A DNA stretch of 64,000 nucleotides from a virus. Lineage: Duplodnaviria > Caudoviricetes. The notes under the pieces are model-generated. The model was not told the origin of the DNA, searched no databases, and saw nothing but the letters and a program-made list of their open reading frames with translations. The stretch lies in the IMG/VR virus record IMGVR_UViG_3300021514_000002, positions 288,001 through 352,000 of that record; one strand, 5' to 3'. Both the position numbers and the translations under genes were made by a program. Below are positions 29,223 through 38,614 of the stretch, piece after piece. Position 1 is the stretch's first letter; each line of letters starts with the position of its first letter.

Positions 29223-29998
29223 TGGCCACATCAGTATTAGATAATTATCATTACGACGCGCAATTGCGTAAGTACATTGTACAGTTTGCGGCAGTATTTG
29301 CTGGCATTCAAGTAGAAGTTGGAAAGCGTGATGATATTGAACCGCATTTAATTAGCGTGCCTATTAAAAATGCCAGCGTGGATCGTGTCGTTGGTCATAT
29401 TAAAAGCGAAAACACCCAAAATAAACCAATTAGATTGCCTATTATGTCATTCCAACTCGTAAATCCTGACCTCGCGCCAGACTTACGCAAAGGAATTGGT
29501 ACGAAACGTCGATCCACATACATGCCCACTGGTGGATTATTTCCAGATGACATGAAAGTAGTAGAACAACGCCAGCCCGTGCCTTATCGTGCCTTATTTG
29601 AATTAACTATATGGGCAAGTAATCAAGATCAACATTATCAGATTGTGGAGCAAATTCTTACACTTTTCGATCCGATACTTCAAATCCAAACCACCGATGA
29701 TATATTTGATTGGTCTAAATTAACATCCATAGAACTGACTGATGTTAGGTTCGATGAGACTGTTCCACAAGGTTCAGATCGTCGAATCATCCAGAGTAGA
29801 CTCGGTTTTTCAGTACCAATATATCTATCTATTCCTGCGAAAGTACACAGTAATTATGTTAAGGATATTTACCTTAGAATTGGAGCGGCGGGCACAGATT
29901 CCGAATCTTCATATGACATAATTGCAGATCTTGATTCTCAAGGCGTTGAATATGAAAAAGTATTCTCTTTAGATGATATCGATATAGATAAAAAATAA
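29222..29998 (+). CDS. gp15: Tail sheath stabiliser/terminator gp15
   Basis: HYDAQLRKYIVQF..VF..I.V, LPIMSF, PVPY...FEL.IW, QI.EQIL..FDP. Confidence 0.9.
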   Translation: MATSVLDNYHYDAQLRKYIVQFAAVFAGIQVEVGKRDDIEPHLISVPIKNASVDRVVGHIKSENTQNKPIRLPIMSFQLVNPDLAPDLRKGIGTKRRSTYMPTGGLFPDDMKVVEQRQPVPYRALFELTIWASNQDQHYQIVEQILTLFDPILQIQTTDDIFDWSKLTSIELTDVRFDETVPQGSDRRIIQSRLGFSVPIYLSIPAKVHSNYVKDIYLRIGAAGTDSESSYDIIADLDSQGVEYEKVFSLDDIDIDKK

Positions 29999-30026
29999 CA
30001 TATTTTATCATTTTTCGGTACGTCCG

Positions 30027-30034
30027 TATAAATA
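30027..30034 (+). promoter_or_regulatory. T4-type late promoter
   Basis: TATAAATA upstream of gp18. Confidence 0.8.
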
Positions 30035-30090
30035 GTAATAGCCACGTTATGTTAGTGAAGAAATAACGTTTAGTTAAGGAGAATCCCGAT

Positions 30091-31923
30091 ATGGCAACTT
30101 TGGTAAGCCCAGGTGTAAGTGTAACAGTAACAGATGAAAGTTTTTTCATCCCTGTATCAGCGCCTACAGTCCCTTTGTTTTTTATTGCGACAGCCGATGA
30201 AAAATTCCGCCCTGATGGTTTAACGCCAGCAGAAGGCACATACGAATATAATGTTGTTCGCACCGTTACATCTTTAAATCAAAGTACACAATTATATGGT
30301 GTTCCAAAGTTTCTTGAAGATGATACATCAGGCAAACCACATCATGGTGATGCCCGTAACGAATACGGATTATTTGCTTTAAACCAATACTTGGGATTAG
30401 GCAATCGCGCATATGTTGTACGCTCAAACGTTAACTTAAATGATAATATTACAGATATCCGCACTATGTGGGATACAAAAATTCTTGAAGCGCAAACAGT
30501 ACTTCAAAACTTAATTCAGAATTTTTTAAATGAAAAGGATGCAATTGGCACACCAGCGCAAGTACCTGATGGTTCACCTGTTGGTTCACCAATAGTATAT
30601 GTAGACGGCTCACCGTTAGTATACGTTCCGAATCTTCCAGGCACATCAACAACCGTAACCGCCGCCGAATTACAAGATCTTGCAAGAACTGCAACTGCAG
30701 AATTGTTTTCTTCATATTCGTTTAATATCGTAGATACTGATTTCTTTGGTGCCGTGGGCGTAGCCTCTGGGCTTCTTGTTTATGCTAATGGATATTCATT
30801 AGCATCAACGGGGGTCTTTGATGGATTTGATTACATGACATCTAATATTGGCTCATATCCATCTTATCCTGGTGGTACAGGTTCACCTCCTGGTGAATTT
30901 ACTGCAGTAGAGGGCGCGGCGTTCTTAGTTGCTGCTGCTGATGATATGAAATTCACGCTTGAATTTTTATCACAAACAAGTCTTGGTGCTAATGATGCCG
31001 CCCGTCGTACAGCGATTGTAACAGCACTTCAAGCATCTATTGTTTCAAATACAGATATTCGTGCTGAAAACTTTGATTATAATTTAATTACATGTCCTGG
31101 TTATCCAGAGGTTGCAGACGAGTTACTTAGTCTTGTTGCAGACATGCAGGATGAAGCATTAGTTATTGCTGATACTCCAATGAATTTAGATCCAGATGGT
31201 ATTACCAATCCATCAACGGGTTGGGCTGGTACTGTTGCTCGTCAACGTTCTACGCACATTGCATATTATTATCCATCAGCCCTTGCCTCAAATCTTGATG
31301 GTAAGAATGTTGTTTGTTCGGCAGCAGGTGTTGCTCTTCGCACATATACTTATAGTGATAATGTATCATTCTTATGGTTTGCACCAGCTGGTATCCGTCG
31401 TGGTCTTATCACAGGAATATCAAATCTTGGTTACGTAACAGGTGAATTAGGTACCCCAACAACATTTGTTGAGGTAAGTTTAAATCCTGGTCAACGCGAT
31501 GCGTTGTATCAATACTTGGCATCTGGTGATATTAATCCATTAGTATTCTTCCCAGGAAATGGCTTCCTTGTTTGGGGACAGAAAACTTCTGCACCTGCTG
31601 CAAGCGCAATGGATCGTGTTAGTGTTTCACGGCTTATGAAATACATTAAACGTCAACTTCGTAGAAATACGTTAAGTTTCGTATTTGAACCAAATGATCA
31701 ATTAACACGTGATAATTTAAAAGCGGTTATAGATGGCTTCCTCGGTGACTTAATTGTTAAACGTGGATTATACGATTACGCTACTATTTGTGATGAAAGT
31801 AATAACACACCGGATAGAATTGATAGAAATGAATTATATGTTGATATTGCATTGAAACCCGTTAAAGCGGCAGAATTTATCTACATACCAATTCGTATAG
31901 TTGCAACTGGTGCAGAAATTTAA
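30091..31923 (+). CDS. gp18: Tail sheath protein gp18
   Basis: LVSPGVSV...DES, WFAPAG.RRG, WGQKT, FEPND..TR, CDESNNT...IDRN..KP..AEFI. Confidence 0.97.
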   Translation: MATLVSPGVSVTVTDESFFIPVSAPTVPLFFIATADEKFRPDGLTPAEGTYEYNVVRTVTSLNQSTQLYGVPKFLEDDTSGKPHHGDARNEYGLFALNQYLGLGNRAYVVRSNVNLNDNITDIRTMWDTKILEAQTVLQNLIQNFLNEKDAIGTPAQVPDGSPVGSPIVYVDGSPLVYVPNLPGTSTTVTAAELQDLARTATAELFSSYSFNIVDTDFFGAVGVASGLLVYANGYSLASTGVFDGFDYMTSNIGSYPSYPGGTGSPPGEFTAVEGAAFLVAAADDMKFTLEFLSQTSLGANDAARRTAIVTALQASIVSNTDIRAENFDYNLITCPGYPEVADELLSLVADMQDEALVIADTPMNLDPDGITNPSTGWAGTVARQRSTHIAYYYPSALASNLDGKNVVCSAAGVALRTYTYSDNVSFLWFAPAGIRRGLITGISNLGYVTGELGTPTTFVEVSLNPGQRDALYQYLASGDINPLVFFPGNGFLVWGQKTSAPAASAMDRVSVSRLMKYIKRQLRRNTLSFVFEPNDQLTRDNLKAVIDGFLGDLIVKRGLYDYATICDESNNTPDRIDRNELYVDIALKPVKAAEFIYIPIRIVATGAEI

Positions 31924-31970
31924 AACTTTATGTAAACACGTAAAGAAGACATAGAGAAGGAAAAAATAAA

Positions 31971-32561
31971 ATGGCTACAATTAATGATCAAGGTATCCCA
32001 GGCGTAGGAACGGGTATCCTCCATCCTAAACAGAAGAATCGTTGGAGAATAACATTCGCTAACCTTGGCGGTGGTACAGACTCACAACCGCTTAGCTTAC
32101 AAGCGATAACTGTTACTCGTCCCGTGTTATCCTTTGAAGAAGTTCAATTGGATCGTTATAATTCTCGTGCGTGGATTGCAGGTAAATATACATTTGAACC
32201 TATAACGCTTAGCTTTGAAGATGATGTTTCTGGTACAGCTACACAGGTTATTCAGGAACAATTACAGAAACAACAATGGTTAATTGGTGCAGAAGGTCAA
32301 TTTCTTGCTGCGGCAGGAGAAGCATCAATTTATAAATTCGTTACGTATCTGGATATGTTAGATGGTAATGATCAAGTAACGGAAAGATGGACAATTGAAG
32401 GGTGCTGGTTCCAACAGGTTGATTATACTGATTTGGATTATGCTGCATCTGATGTTGTTATGTTAACTACTACAATTCGTTATGATCATGCACGTCAGAA
32501 CATCGGCGGCTATAGCCAAGGCAACGGCGTAGCAACTGGTGGTGCTGGTAAGATAGGATAA
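31971..32561 (+). CDS. gp19: Tail tube protein gp19
   Basis: Follows the sheath gene; NRWRITF, RP.LSFEEV, FEPITLSF.DD, IEGCW...LDY, TIRYD. Confidence 0.9.
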   Translation: MATINDQGIPGVGTGILHPKQKNRWRITFANLGGGTDSQPLSLQAITVTRPVLSFEEVQLDRYNSRAWIAGKYTFEPITLSFEDDVSGTATQVIQEQLQKQQWLIGAEGQFLAAAGEASIYKFVTYLDMLDGNDQVTERWTIEGCWFQQVDYTDLDYAASDVVMLTTTIRYDHARQNIGGYSQGNGVATGGAGKIG

Positions 32562-32610
32562 CATTATAAGATATCATGGACGATAATTTCACAGGGATGT
32601 GAATATTTGT

Positions 32611-32635
32611 AAAGGGGGACTTGTCCCCCTTTTTT
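32611..32635 (+). terminator. Intrinsic terminator after gp19
   Basis: AAAGGGGGAC-TT-GTCCCCCTTTTT. Confidence 0.85.
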
Positions 32636-32677
32636 GTCTGTGTGTTTTATATAAATATATTATTATAGGAGTTCAAT

Positions 32678-34051
32678 ATGGCACAAGATCCAAGAAGATT
32701 TACAGTTAAAAACTGTCAAGCTGCGAAAAATAGCGTAGCTTCTGCTGATCAAAAAAGGAAAGATTTTTTTGGTAGTTTGGGAAAAATGGGCGATATTGAA
32801 ATACTAAACAGATTCGGTGGAAGTAAGATAACTGCTGGATTGCGTGCATTAGCAAAAACTTCTGATTCAATAAGAACAGGCGCAACGAATTCTGTCATAA
32901 TTCCTAATGATAGGGGTTACGTTCTTGATGCAGTTGGGATAAATCCAACTGCCGCAGTAAAGGCTGGCGAATTCAACCCAGGTGTATTTAACAGAGGAGT
33001 TGCTCAAGCAGAATCAGTGCTTGACAGCGTTAAGGGTGGGGATTTTAAACTTAACGATATCCCCGGTGCATTAACAGATCTTCAAAATTTGGGATCATTA
33101 GTAGACGGAATATACACGGATGATTCAGGACAAAGTAGTACGAAAAGTATTGAGGTTTGTGGTGCATCACCATATGCTGTCGATCTTGTTCAATATGCAC
33201 CAAAATATAAATTTCTATTCATTGTACAAGTTACCGTTAAAGAACAATATTTAACAGCATTGTCGGAAAATGCAAGACAATTGGCTTTCGTAGTTAAAAC
33301 GAGCACCCGACCAAATGTTAATATAGAACATGAAGAAGTCAACGTATATAATTTCTGGACTCGGGTTCCAAAAAGAGTCGCATATGAACCAATAACTATG
33401 CGTTTTTATGATGACAATAAAGGATTAGCTCATCAATTCTATACATCATATTTAAGATATATTAGTCCGATTAGTAGAATCGGTGGAAAAGAAAGCGGAT
33501 ATATGAGTACTAAATGGCTCGAAGAAAACGGCATGAATTTTAATAAATATAGTGAAAAAAGTTCCGCGTCATTGGGAGCGCTAGAAGGTGATATTACTAC
33601 TGTCATAGATGAAATAAAACTTTTTCATATTTACGACTATGGTAAAAAAATGACCGCCTATCATTTTCATCATCCAAAAATTCTTACTATGAATCTTGAT
33701 GATTTAGACATGGCCGATAATGGCAATGGTAGTGAAATAGAATTACAATTTGCCTATGATGCATTGCACATAACCCCTGCCATTTCTATTGTTGGAAACC
33801 CTAAAGGCGTTGCCGAATTAACAGGTGATAAATTAGGCGCACTTTATCCTATTAGACCAAACATTAAAGCGGATGAACCTGATGCATATCCAGAAGGTAG
33901 TGATGACGAAGACGGAATACCAGAGCCAAACGAAGAAAATATTCTTCAAACTGCAACTTCTGCTGTTTCGTCGGGAATTTCCTCTGCTACAGGATTAGTA
34001 AGTAGTGCCTTTAATAGCGTTTCTGATTATGCAGGATCATTATTCAAATAA
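32678..34051 (+). CDS. Tail-tube-fold baseplate/tube initiator protein (gp54/gp48-like)
   Basis: Central region resembles gp19 (RPNVNIEHEEVNVYN..YEPITMRFYDD..IELQFAYD); TATAAATA at 32650. Confidence 0.65.
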   Translation: MAQDPRRFTVKNCQAAKNSVASADQKRKDFFGSLGKMGDIEILNRFGGSKITAGLRALAKTSDSIRTGATNSVIIPNDRGYVLDAVGINPTAAVKAGEFNPGVFNRGVAQAESVLDSVKGGDFKLNDIPGALTDLQNLGSLVDGIYTDDSGQSSTKSIEVCGASPYAVDLVQYAPKYKFLFIVQVTVKEQYLTALSENARQLAFVVKTSTRPNVNIEHEEVNVYNFWTRVPKRVAYEPITMRFYDDNKGLAHQFYTSYLRYISPISRIGGKESGYMSTKWLEENGMNFNKYSEKSSASLGALEGDITTVIDEIKLFHIYDYGKKMTAYHFHHPKILTMNLDDLDMADNGNGSEIELQFAYDALHITPAISIVGNPKGVAELTGDKLGALYPIRPNIKADEPDAYPEGSDDEDGIPEPNEENILQTATSAVSSGISSATGLVSSAFNSVSDYAGSLFK

Positions 34052-34066
34052 TTAATGGATTAGAAC

Positions 34067-34513
34067 ATGGCAAGGAAAGGTATAAGAAAAGGATTATTCA
34101 CTCCAAGGCATCCTGGAAAGTATGTTGGTAATGTAAACAATATTGTTTACCGTTCTTCTTGGGAACTTTCCTTTATGAATTTTTTAGACAACAATACTAA
34201 CATAGAAAAATGGGGCTCTGAAATTATTGCTATTCCTTATCGCAAACCAACTACAGGCAGAATACACAAATACTATCCAGATTTTTGGATAAAATATAAA
34301 AGTAAGAACGGTAACGTAGTTCAAGAAGTTATTGAAGTTAAACCAGAGAAAGAAACCCGCCAACCTACCACTGTAGGTAAAACTAAAAAAACACAATTAT
34401 ATGAAGCTATTACATGGTCAATAAATAAAGCAAAGTTTAAATCGGCGGCTCTTTTTTGTACTAAGTATGGGATGAAGTTTAGAGTGTTAACCGAAAAACA
34501 TCTTTTTCATTAA
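34067..34513 (+). CDS. gp4: Head completion nuclease gp4 (TnsA-like)
   Basis: F.PRHPGKY.G....I.YRSSWE..FM..LD......W.SE...IPY......H.YYPDF....EVKP. Confidence 0.93.
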   Translation: MARKGIRKGLFTPRHPGKYVGNVNNIVYRSSWELSFMNFLDNNTNIEKWGSEIIAIPYRKPTTGRIHKYYPDFWIKYKSKNGNVVQEVIEVKPEKETRQPTTVGKTKKTQLYEAITWSINKAKFKSAALFCTKYGMKFRVLTEKHLFH

Positions 34514-34578
34514 CCGAAAGAACCATCCTAATAATTATTGATAAATAGTTACATTGCCGTATTATAGGAATTATTTAA

Positions 34579-35019
34579 ATGACTACTGACACTACTGAAG
34601 TTGAAATGATTATTGAACATCCATTAGAAGAAATATTTGATATTGAATCAGGTACGACGCTAATACCTCGTACGGAGAAAACTACAGAATTAGTAGCGGG
34701 AGAAGAATATGATGATAAAGATAAAGAAATTGAAGATCAGTTTCAAGAAGTATATGACCATGCCCTTTCCGCATTCGAAGATCAAGTAGCAGAAGCAGAA
34801 GTTATTGAAGGAAAATATAAAGCACGCAACATGGAAGTTGGTGTTCAGTTATTAAATACCGCCCTTGCCGCAGCAAAAGAAAAATCATCACTGAAACAAC
34901 ATAAAGATAAGACAGCACTCGCCAAAGGAAAACTTACAGGGAAAACGGTCAACCACAATAACCTCATTATAGCTGACCGCAACGAGTTATTAAAAACGTT
35001 GATGAATAAAAAAGATTAA
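34579..35019 (+). CDS. gp16: Terminase small subunit gp16 (putative)
   Basis: Helical; AR.MEV..QLLNT, NHNNLII..R.ELLK; upstream of the large terminase. Confidence 0.7.
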   Translation: MTTDTTEVEMIIEHPLEEIFDIESGTTLIPRTEKTTELVAGEEYDDKDKEIEDQFQEVYDHALSAFEDQVAEAEVIEGKYKARNMEVGVQLLNTALAAAKEKSSLKQHKDKTALAKGKLTGKTVNHNNLIIADRNELLKTLMNKKD

Positions 35020-36137
35020 TCTAATATTTTCATCGCAGATTCAAAAGCATCAGATATTAGTTCATCAACTTCAGTCATACTTTCAATATTATCCGATTCT
35101 TTTTTTTCTTCAATCTTAAATGTTATATCTTTTAGTTTCGGTAAGTTATCCAATGTTAATTCGTAATAATAGTTACATGGTTCTTTTGTGATTGTAGTTG
35201 TCGCACCATCTTCCGTAGTAATTGTTTCTGTCGGCTGATTAACGTATTTACCGTAGCGTGACATAAATGTTGCAAAAGGTGCAAAAGTATCAGGATCTAC
35301 TACAATCTGAGCCATTGTTGGAATATATGGTGCGTAAATGTAACCAGTATCAGTTTCACCATTACCGCCTTTATATCCAATAATAGTTTTACCATGTTCA
35401 AGTCCGAAATCACAATATACTTTTATAGAACCATACAATGTTCCAATGTATTCGATGTAGCCATAATCGTATTCATTAAGTGCTTGTGGTATAAAGTTGT
35501 TACTATTTTTTAGGATTTCTGCAACGGCTTCAGACGCGATTACAAAATTACCACAACCTCGACGTGATTTCCTTGCAATTGAATTTGCGCATGAACTTAT
35601 AGATATCCCAATCTTCACAATTTTATTTTGATCAATATCCTTACCATCCCCTACGATTTTTTCAACGTCAAGTGACGCTTTATGTGCAATCCCAGAAATA
35701 TCATTTCTAATTTCTTCGTATATTTCTTTGGCGATTTCTGTACAAGGATTTACTTTATCATCAAATACCCCTGCGTTTATATCTTCTAAGGCTTCAAGTG
35801 ATAAACGTGTTTCTAATTTTCGCGCCCCTGCTTCTACTGCTTGCGAATTTATAGTTAGACTAATTCTGGTACCTACGTTGTTTTCTTCGTCTATAGGTTC
35901 TTCGTCTGTTATTTCATATTCTAATGAAAATATTAATCCAACAGGCGCTGTCATTGGTTGCACCCCAACAAAATGTCTGACAGCTAGACTATCAATCACT
36001 TCTGATGTAATATTTCTAATCATGTCTGCGCTTGAACTTGCACCCATGCCCGCAACGCTTTCAAGATAATCGTCTGTATTTTTAAGCAATGTATCCTTAA
36101 TTATGTCTTTTGTCTGCTCTGTATCTACTACGTTCAT
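35016..36137 (-). CDS. Second gp23-like capsid protein paralogue, ends DAFESAMKILD
   Basis: VGVQPMT.PVGL, VEAG.RKL, IARK.RRG.GNF and GYKGGNGETDTGY are shared with gp23; start moved to ATG 36137 (GAGG RBS). Confidence 0.88.
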   Translation of the reverse strand: MNVVDTEQTKDIIKDTLLKNTDDYLESVAGMGASSSADMIRNITSEVIDSLAVRHFVGVQPMTAPVGLIFSLEYEITDEEPIDEENNVGTRISLTINSQAVEAGARKLETRLSLEALEDINAGVFDDKVNPCTEIAKEIYEEIRNDISGIAHKASLDVEKIVGDGKDIDQNKIVKIGISISSCANSIARKSRRGCGNFVIASEAVAEILKNSNNFIPQALNEYDYGYIEYIGTLYGSIKVYCDFGLEHGKTIIGYKGGNGETDTGYIYAPYIPTMAQIVVDPDTFAPFATFMSRYGKYVNQPTETITTEDGATTTITKEPCNYYYELTLDNLPKLKDITFKIEEKKESDNIESMTEVDELISDAFESAMKILD

Positions 36138-36153
36138 AATTCTATCCTCTTTC

Positions 36154-36227
36154 TCTTTATTTACTACTTTAAAAATTAGACATCCCAATAGATTGGTAAC
36201 CCAAAAATGTGTGGTAGTAAATAAAGA
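36154..36227. promoter_or_regulatory. Divergent promoter pair forming a perfect 14 bp inverted repeat
   Basis: GTAGTAAATAAAGA on both strands (36154-36167 minus, 36214-36227 plus), each with a late-promoter-like TAAATA core. Confidence 0.65.
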
Positions 36228-36228
36228 T

Positions 36229-37017
36229 ATGAAAAAAGAAATATTAAACGAATTACATGAACGACAGAACTTGCTAAATCTTGTGATAAATTCTGCAAGA
36301 GATCCGTCTTATTTTATAGAACACTATGCGAAGATACAACATCCAACAAAAGGTGCTGTTCCTTTTAAACCATATAAAAAACAAGAACAGTTGTTATATT
36401 CGTATCAGGAAAATCGTTGGAATATAACATTGGGTTCTAGGCAGACAGGAATCACTATAACTAATGCACTATACGCCTTCTGGTTTGCTATGTTTAAATC
36501 AGATAAAACTATAATGATTGCGGGTGAAAAGTTGCGACATTCTAAAGATATTTTACATAGTATTAGATTTGCGTATGAAAATTTACCCAAGTGGCTACAA
36601 GCCCGCAATAAATTAGTGATCAATAATAAATGTATGATGCAATTTGAAAATGGTACAAGGATTTTGGCGATAGCGCCGACTATATATGCAGTTAGAGGAT
36701 TTTCGGTCGATCTTATGATATTAGATTGTTTTGCATATATGTCACCAAATAAACAAGAAGAATTTTATACGTCACTATATCCTGCAACAATGGGTTCAAA
36801 AAATAGTGTAATGATTATGAGTTCGACTGGCGGCGGATATGACGGGGTATTTACCTCCATTTGGGATGATGCTTTGGCGAAAAAGAATAAATTCGTGGCA
36901 AACTTTATTAAATGGAATGATGTACCTGAACGGGATGATGGGTTCAAGGATTCAATGGTTTCCATGCTTGGAGAAACACGATGGAAAGTGGAGTATGAAT
37001 GCTCTTTTGATAATTAA
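36229..37017 (+). CDS. Terminase ATPase-domain paralogue with degenerate Walker motifs
   Basis: Collinear with the N-terminal half of gp17; SRQTGIT (vs ARQTGKS) and MILDCFA (vs LFLDEFA); stops right after EYEC, so it has no nuclease domain. Confidence 0.85.
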   Translation: MKKEILNELHERQNLLNLVINSARDPSYFIEHYAKIQHPTKGAVPFKPYKKQEQLLYSYQENRWNITLGSRQTGITITNALYAFWFAMFKSDKTIMIAGEKLRHSKDILHSIRFAYENLPKWLQARNKLVINNKCMMQFENGTRILAIAPTIYAVRGFSVDLMILDCFAYMSPNKQEEFYTSLYPATMGSKNSVMIMSSTGGGYDGVFTSIWDDALAKKNKFVANFIKWNDVPERDDGFKDSMVSMLGETRWKVEYECSFDN

Positions 37018-37028
37018 GGAAGATTATA

Positions 37029-38585
37029 ATGGCGCGCGCAAAGAATGATAAGTTAAAAACCCCCGATCAGGAAGTTGAATTTACATATGAACAGGTACAA
37101 GAGCTAAAGCGTTGTGTTCAAGATCCTATTTACTTTATAGAAAATTACGTTCAAATACAACATCCCGTTAAGGGTGCCGTTCCCTTTCGGTTATATCCAT
37201 ATCAAAAAAATATGATTCGTGCATATCAAGATAACCGTTACACTGTAGTACTTTCTGCACGTCAAACTGGTAAATCTATAACATCCGCCGCCTACCTTCT
37301 TTGGTATGCAATGTTCCAGTTTGATAAAACCGTCCTGATTGCAGCCAATAAAAACGCAAATGCAATGGAAATGATTTTACGTATTCGTTTTGCATATGAA
37401 AATCTTCCAATGTGGTTGAAAGCTGGCGTTAAAGACGATGGTTGGAATAAACATGAAATTGGCTTTGATAATGGTTCCCGTATCGTGTCAACCGCAACAT
37501 CGGAAGATTCTGGTCGTGGTATGGCTATTTCACTTTTGTTCCTTGACGAATTTGCATTTGTAAAACCTAATATCCAAGATGAATTTTGGACATCAATAGC
37601 ACCTACATTATCAACTGGTGGTTCGTGTATAATGACATCAACGCCTAATGGTGACATGAATATTTATGCTCAGGTTTGGCGCGGTTCGCAAATGGGTACT
37701 AATGGATTTTTCCCTATACATGTTAAATGGGACGAACCCCCAGGCAGAGATGGTAAGTTTAAAGAGGAGGAAACTGGAAGGATTGGTGTCCGTCGTTGGC
37801 AACAAGAATATGAATGTGTCTTTTTGTCATCAGATTCATTGCTTATTGATTCGTTATTTCTTACGAACCTAACGCCGTTAATTGAAGCAATCGTTCCTAA
37901 GCTTACTGTAAACGATGTTGTTTTGTTTGATGAAATAAAACCAGCAAATACATATTTACTGGGTGTCGATCCTGCTACTGGCAGTGGTGAAGATTATAGT
38001 GTTATCACTATATTTGAATTTCCGTCAATGACTCAGGTTGGTGAATATCGTAGTAATACAATGTCCACAAATGATTTATATGGTGTTATGAAAAATATAT
38101 TAAAACATATAGAATCAAAAGGAGCGATGGTATATTTCTCAATAGAAAATAACGGCGTTGGTCAGGGATTAATTGCATTATATGAAGCTGATGAAGAGCC
38201 ATTAAAACTTGCTGAGTTTGTTTCAGAAGACGGCAAGAATAAATTAGGATTCACAACAACAGCACGTAGTAAAATGCGCTCGTGTGTTAACCTGAAAGAA
38301 ATGCTTGAAAAAGAAAATATGCATATTACTTCAAGAATCCTTTTATCTGAATTAAAGTCTTATGTTCGTTCACGTGGTGCATATGCAGCGCAAGCAGGTG
38401 CAACAGATGATTGTATAGCTGCAACGCTTATTGTACTTAGATTAGTAGAAGAGATCGCGGCGTATGAGCAGGCGGCGTTTGATAAACTATATGCAGGCGA
38501 TTATGATGAATGGAAGCAATCAGACTGGGATGGATATGAAGAAGGATACGATGAAAACGACGAGGGATTGCCTAGTATATTTTAA
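37029..38585 (+). CDS. gp17: Terminase large subunit gp17
   Basis: ARQTGKS, LFLDEFAF, TSTPNG, LGVDPATG.G.DYS, DDC..A. Confidence 0.97.
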   Translation: MARAKNDKLKTPDQEVEFTYEQVQELKRCVQDPIYFIENYVQIQHPVKGAVPFRLYPYQKNMIRAYQDNRYTVVLSARQTGKSITSAAYLLWYAMFQFDKTVLIAANKNANAMEMILRIRFAYENLPMWLKAGVKDDGWNKHEIGFDNGSRIVSTATSEDSGRGMAISLLFLDEFAFVKPNIQDEFWTSIAPTLSTGGSCIMTSTPNGDMNIYAQVWRGSQMGTNGFFPIHVKWDEPPGRDGKFKEEETGRIGVRRWQQEYECVFLSSDSLLIDSLFLTNLTPLIEAIVPKLTVNDVVLFDEIKPANTYLLGVDPATGSGEDYSVITIFEFPSMTQVGEYRSNTMSTNDLYGVMKNILKHIESKGAMVYFSIENNGVGQGLIALYEADEEPLKLAEFVSEDGKNKLGFTTTARSKMRSCVNLKEMLEKENMHITSRILLSELKSYVRSRGAYAAQAGATDDCIAATLIVLRLVEEIAAYEQAAFDKLYAGDYDEWKQSDWDGYEEGYDENDEGLPSIF

Positions 38586-38614
38586 ACAACATTATCATGA
38601 ATAATGTTGTTTAA
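38582..38614. terminator. Inverted repeat between convergent genes (putative terminator)
   Basis: TTAAACAACATTAT-CATGA-ATAATGTTGTTTAA; AT-rich stem. Confidence 0.5.

Noticed and set aside
36103-36228. N-terminal 42 aa of the 36103..37017 ORF and first 17 aa of the 35016..36188 ORF
   Set aside because: These extensions overlap each other and the divergent promoter region; homology begins at ATG 36229 and ATG 36137.
37029-38585. Inteins or introns in gp17 (also gp46, uvsX, helicase)
   Set aside because: Lengths and motif spacing are ordinary, with no C/S...HN splice motifs or LAGLIDADG blocks noticed.
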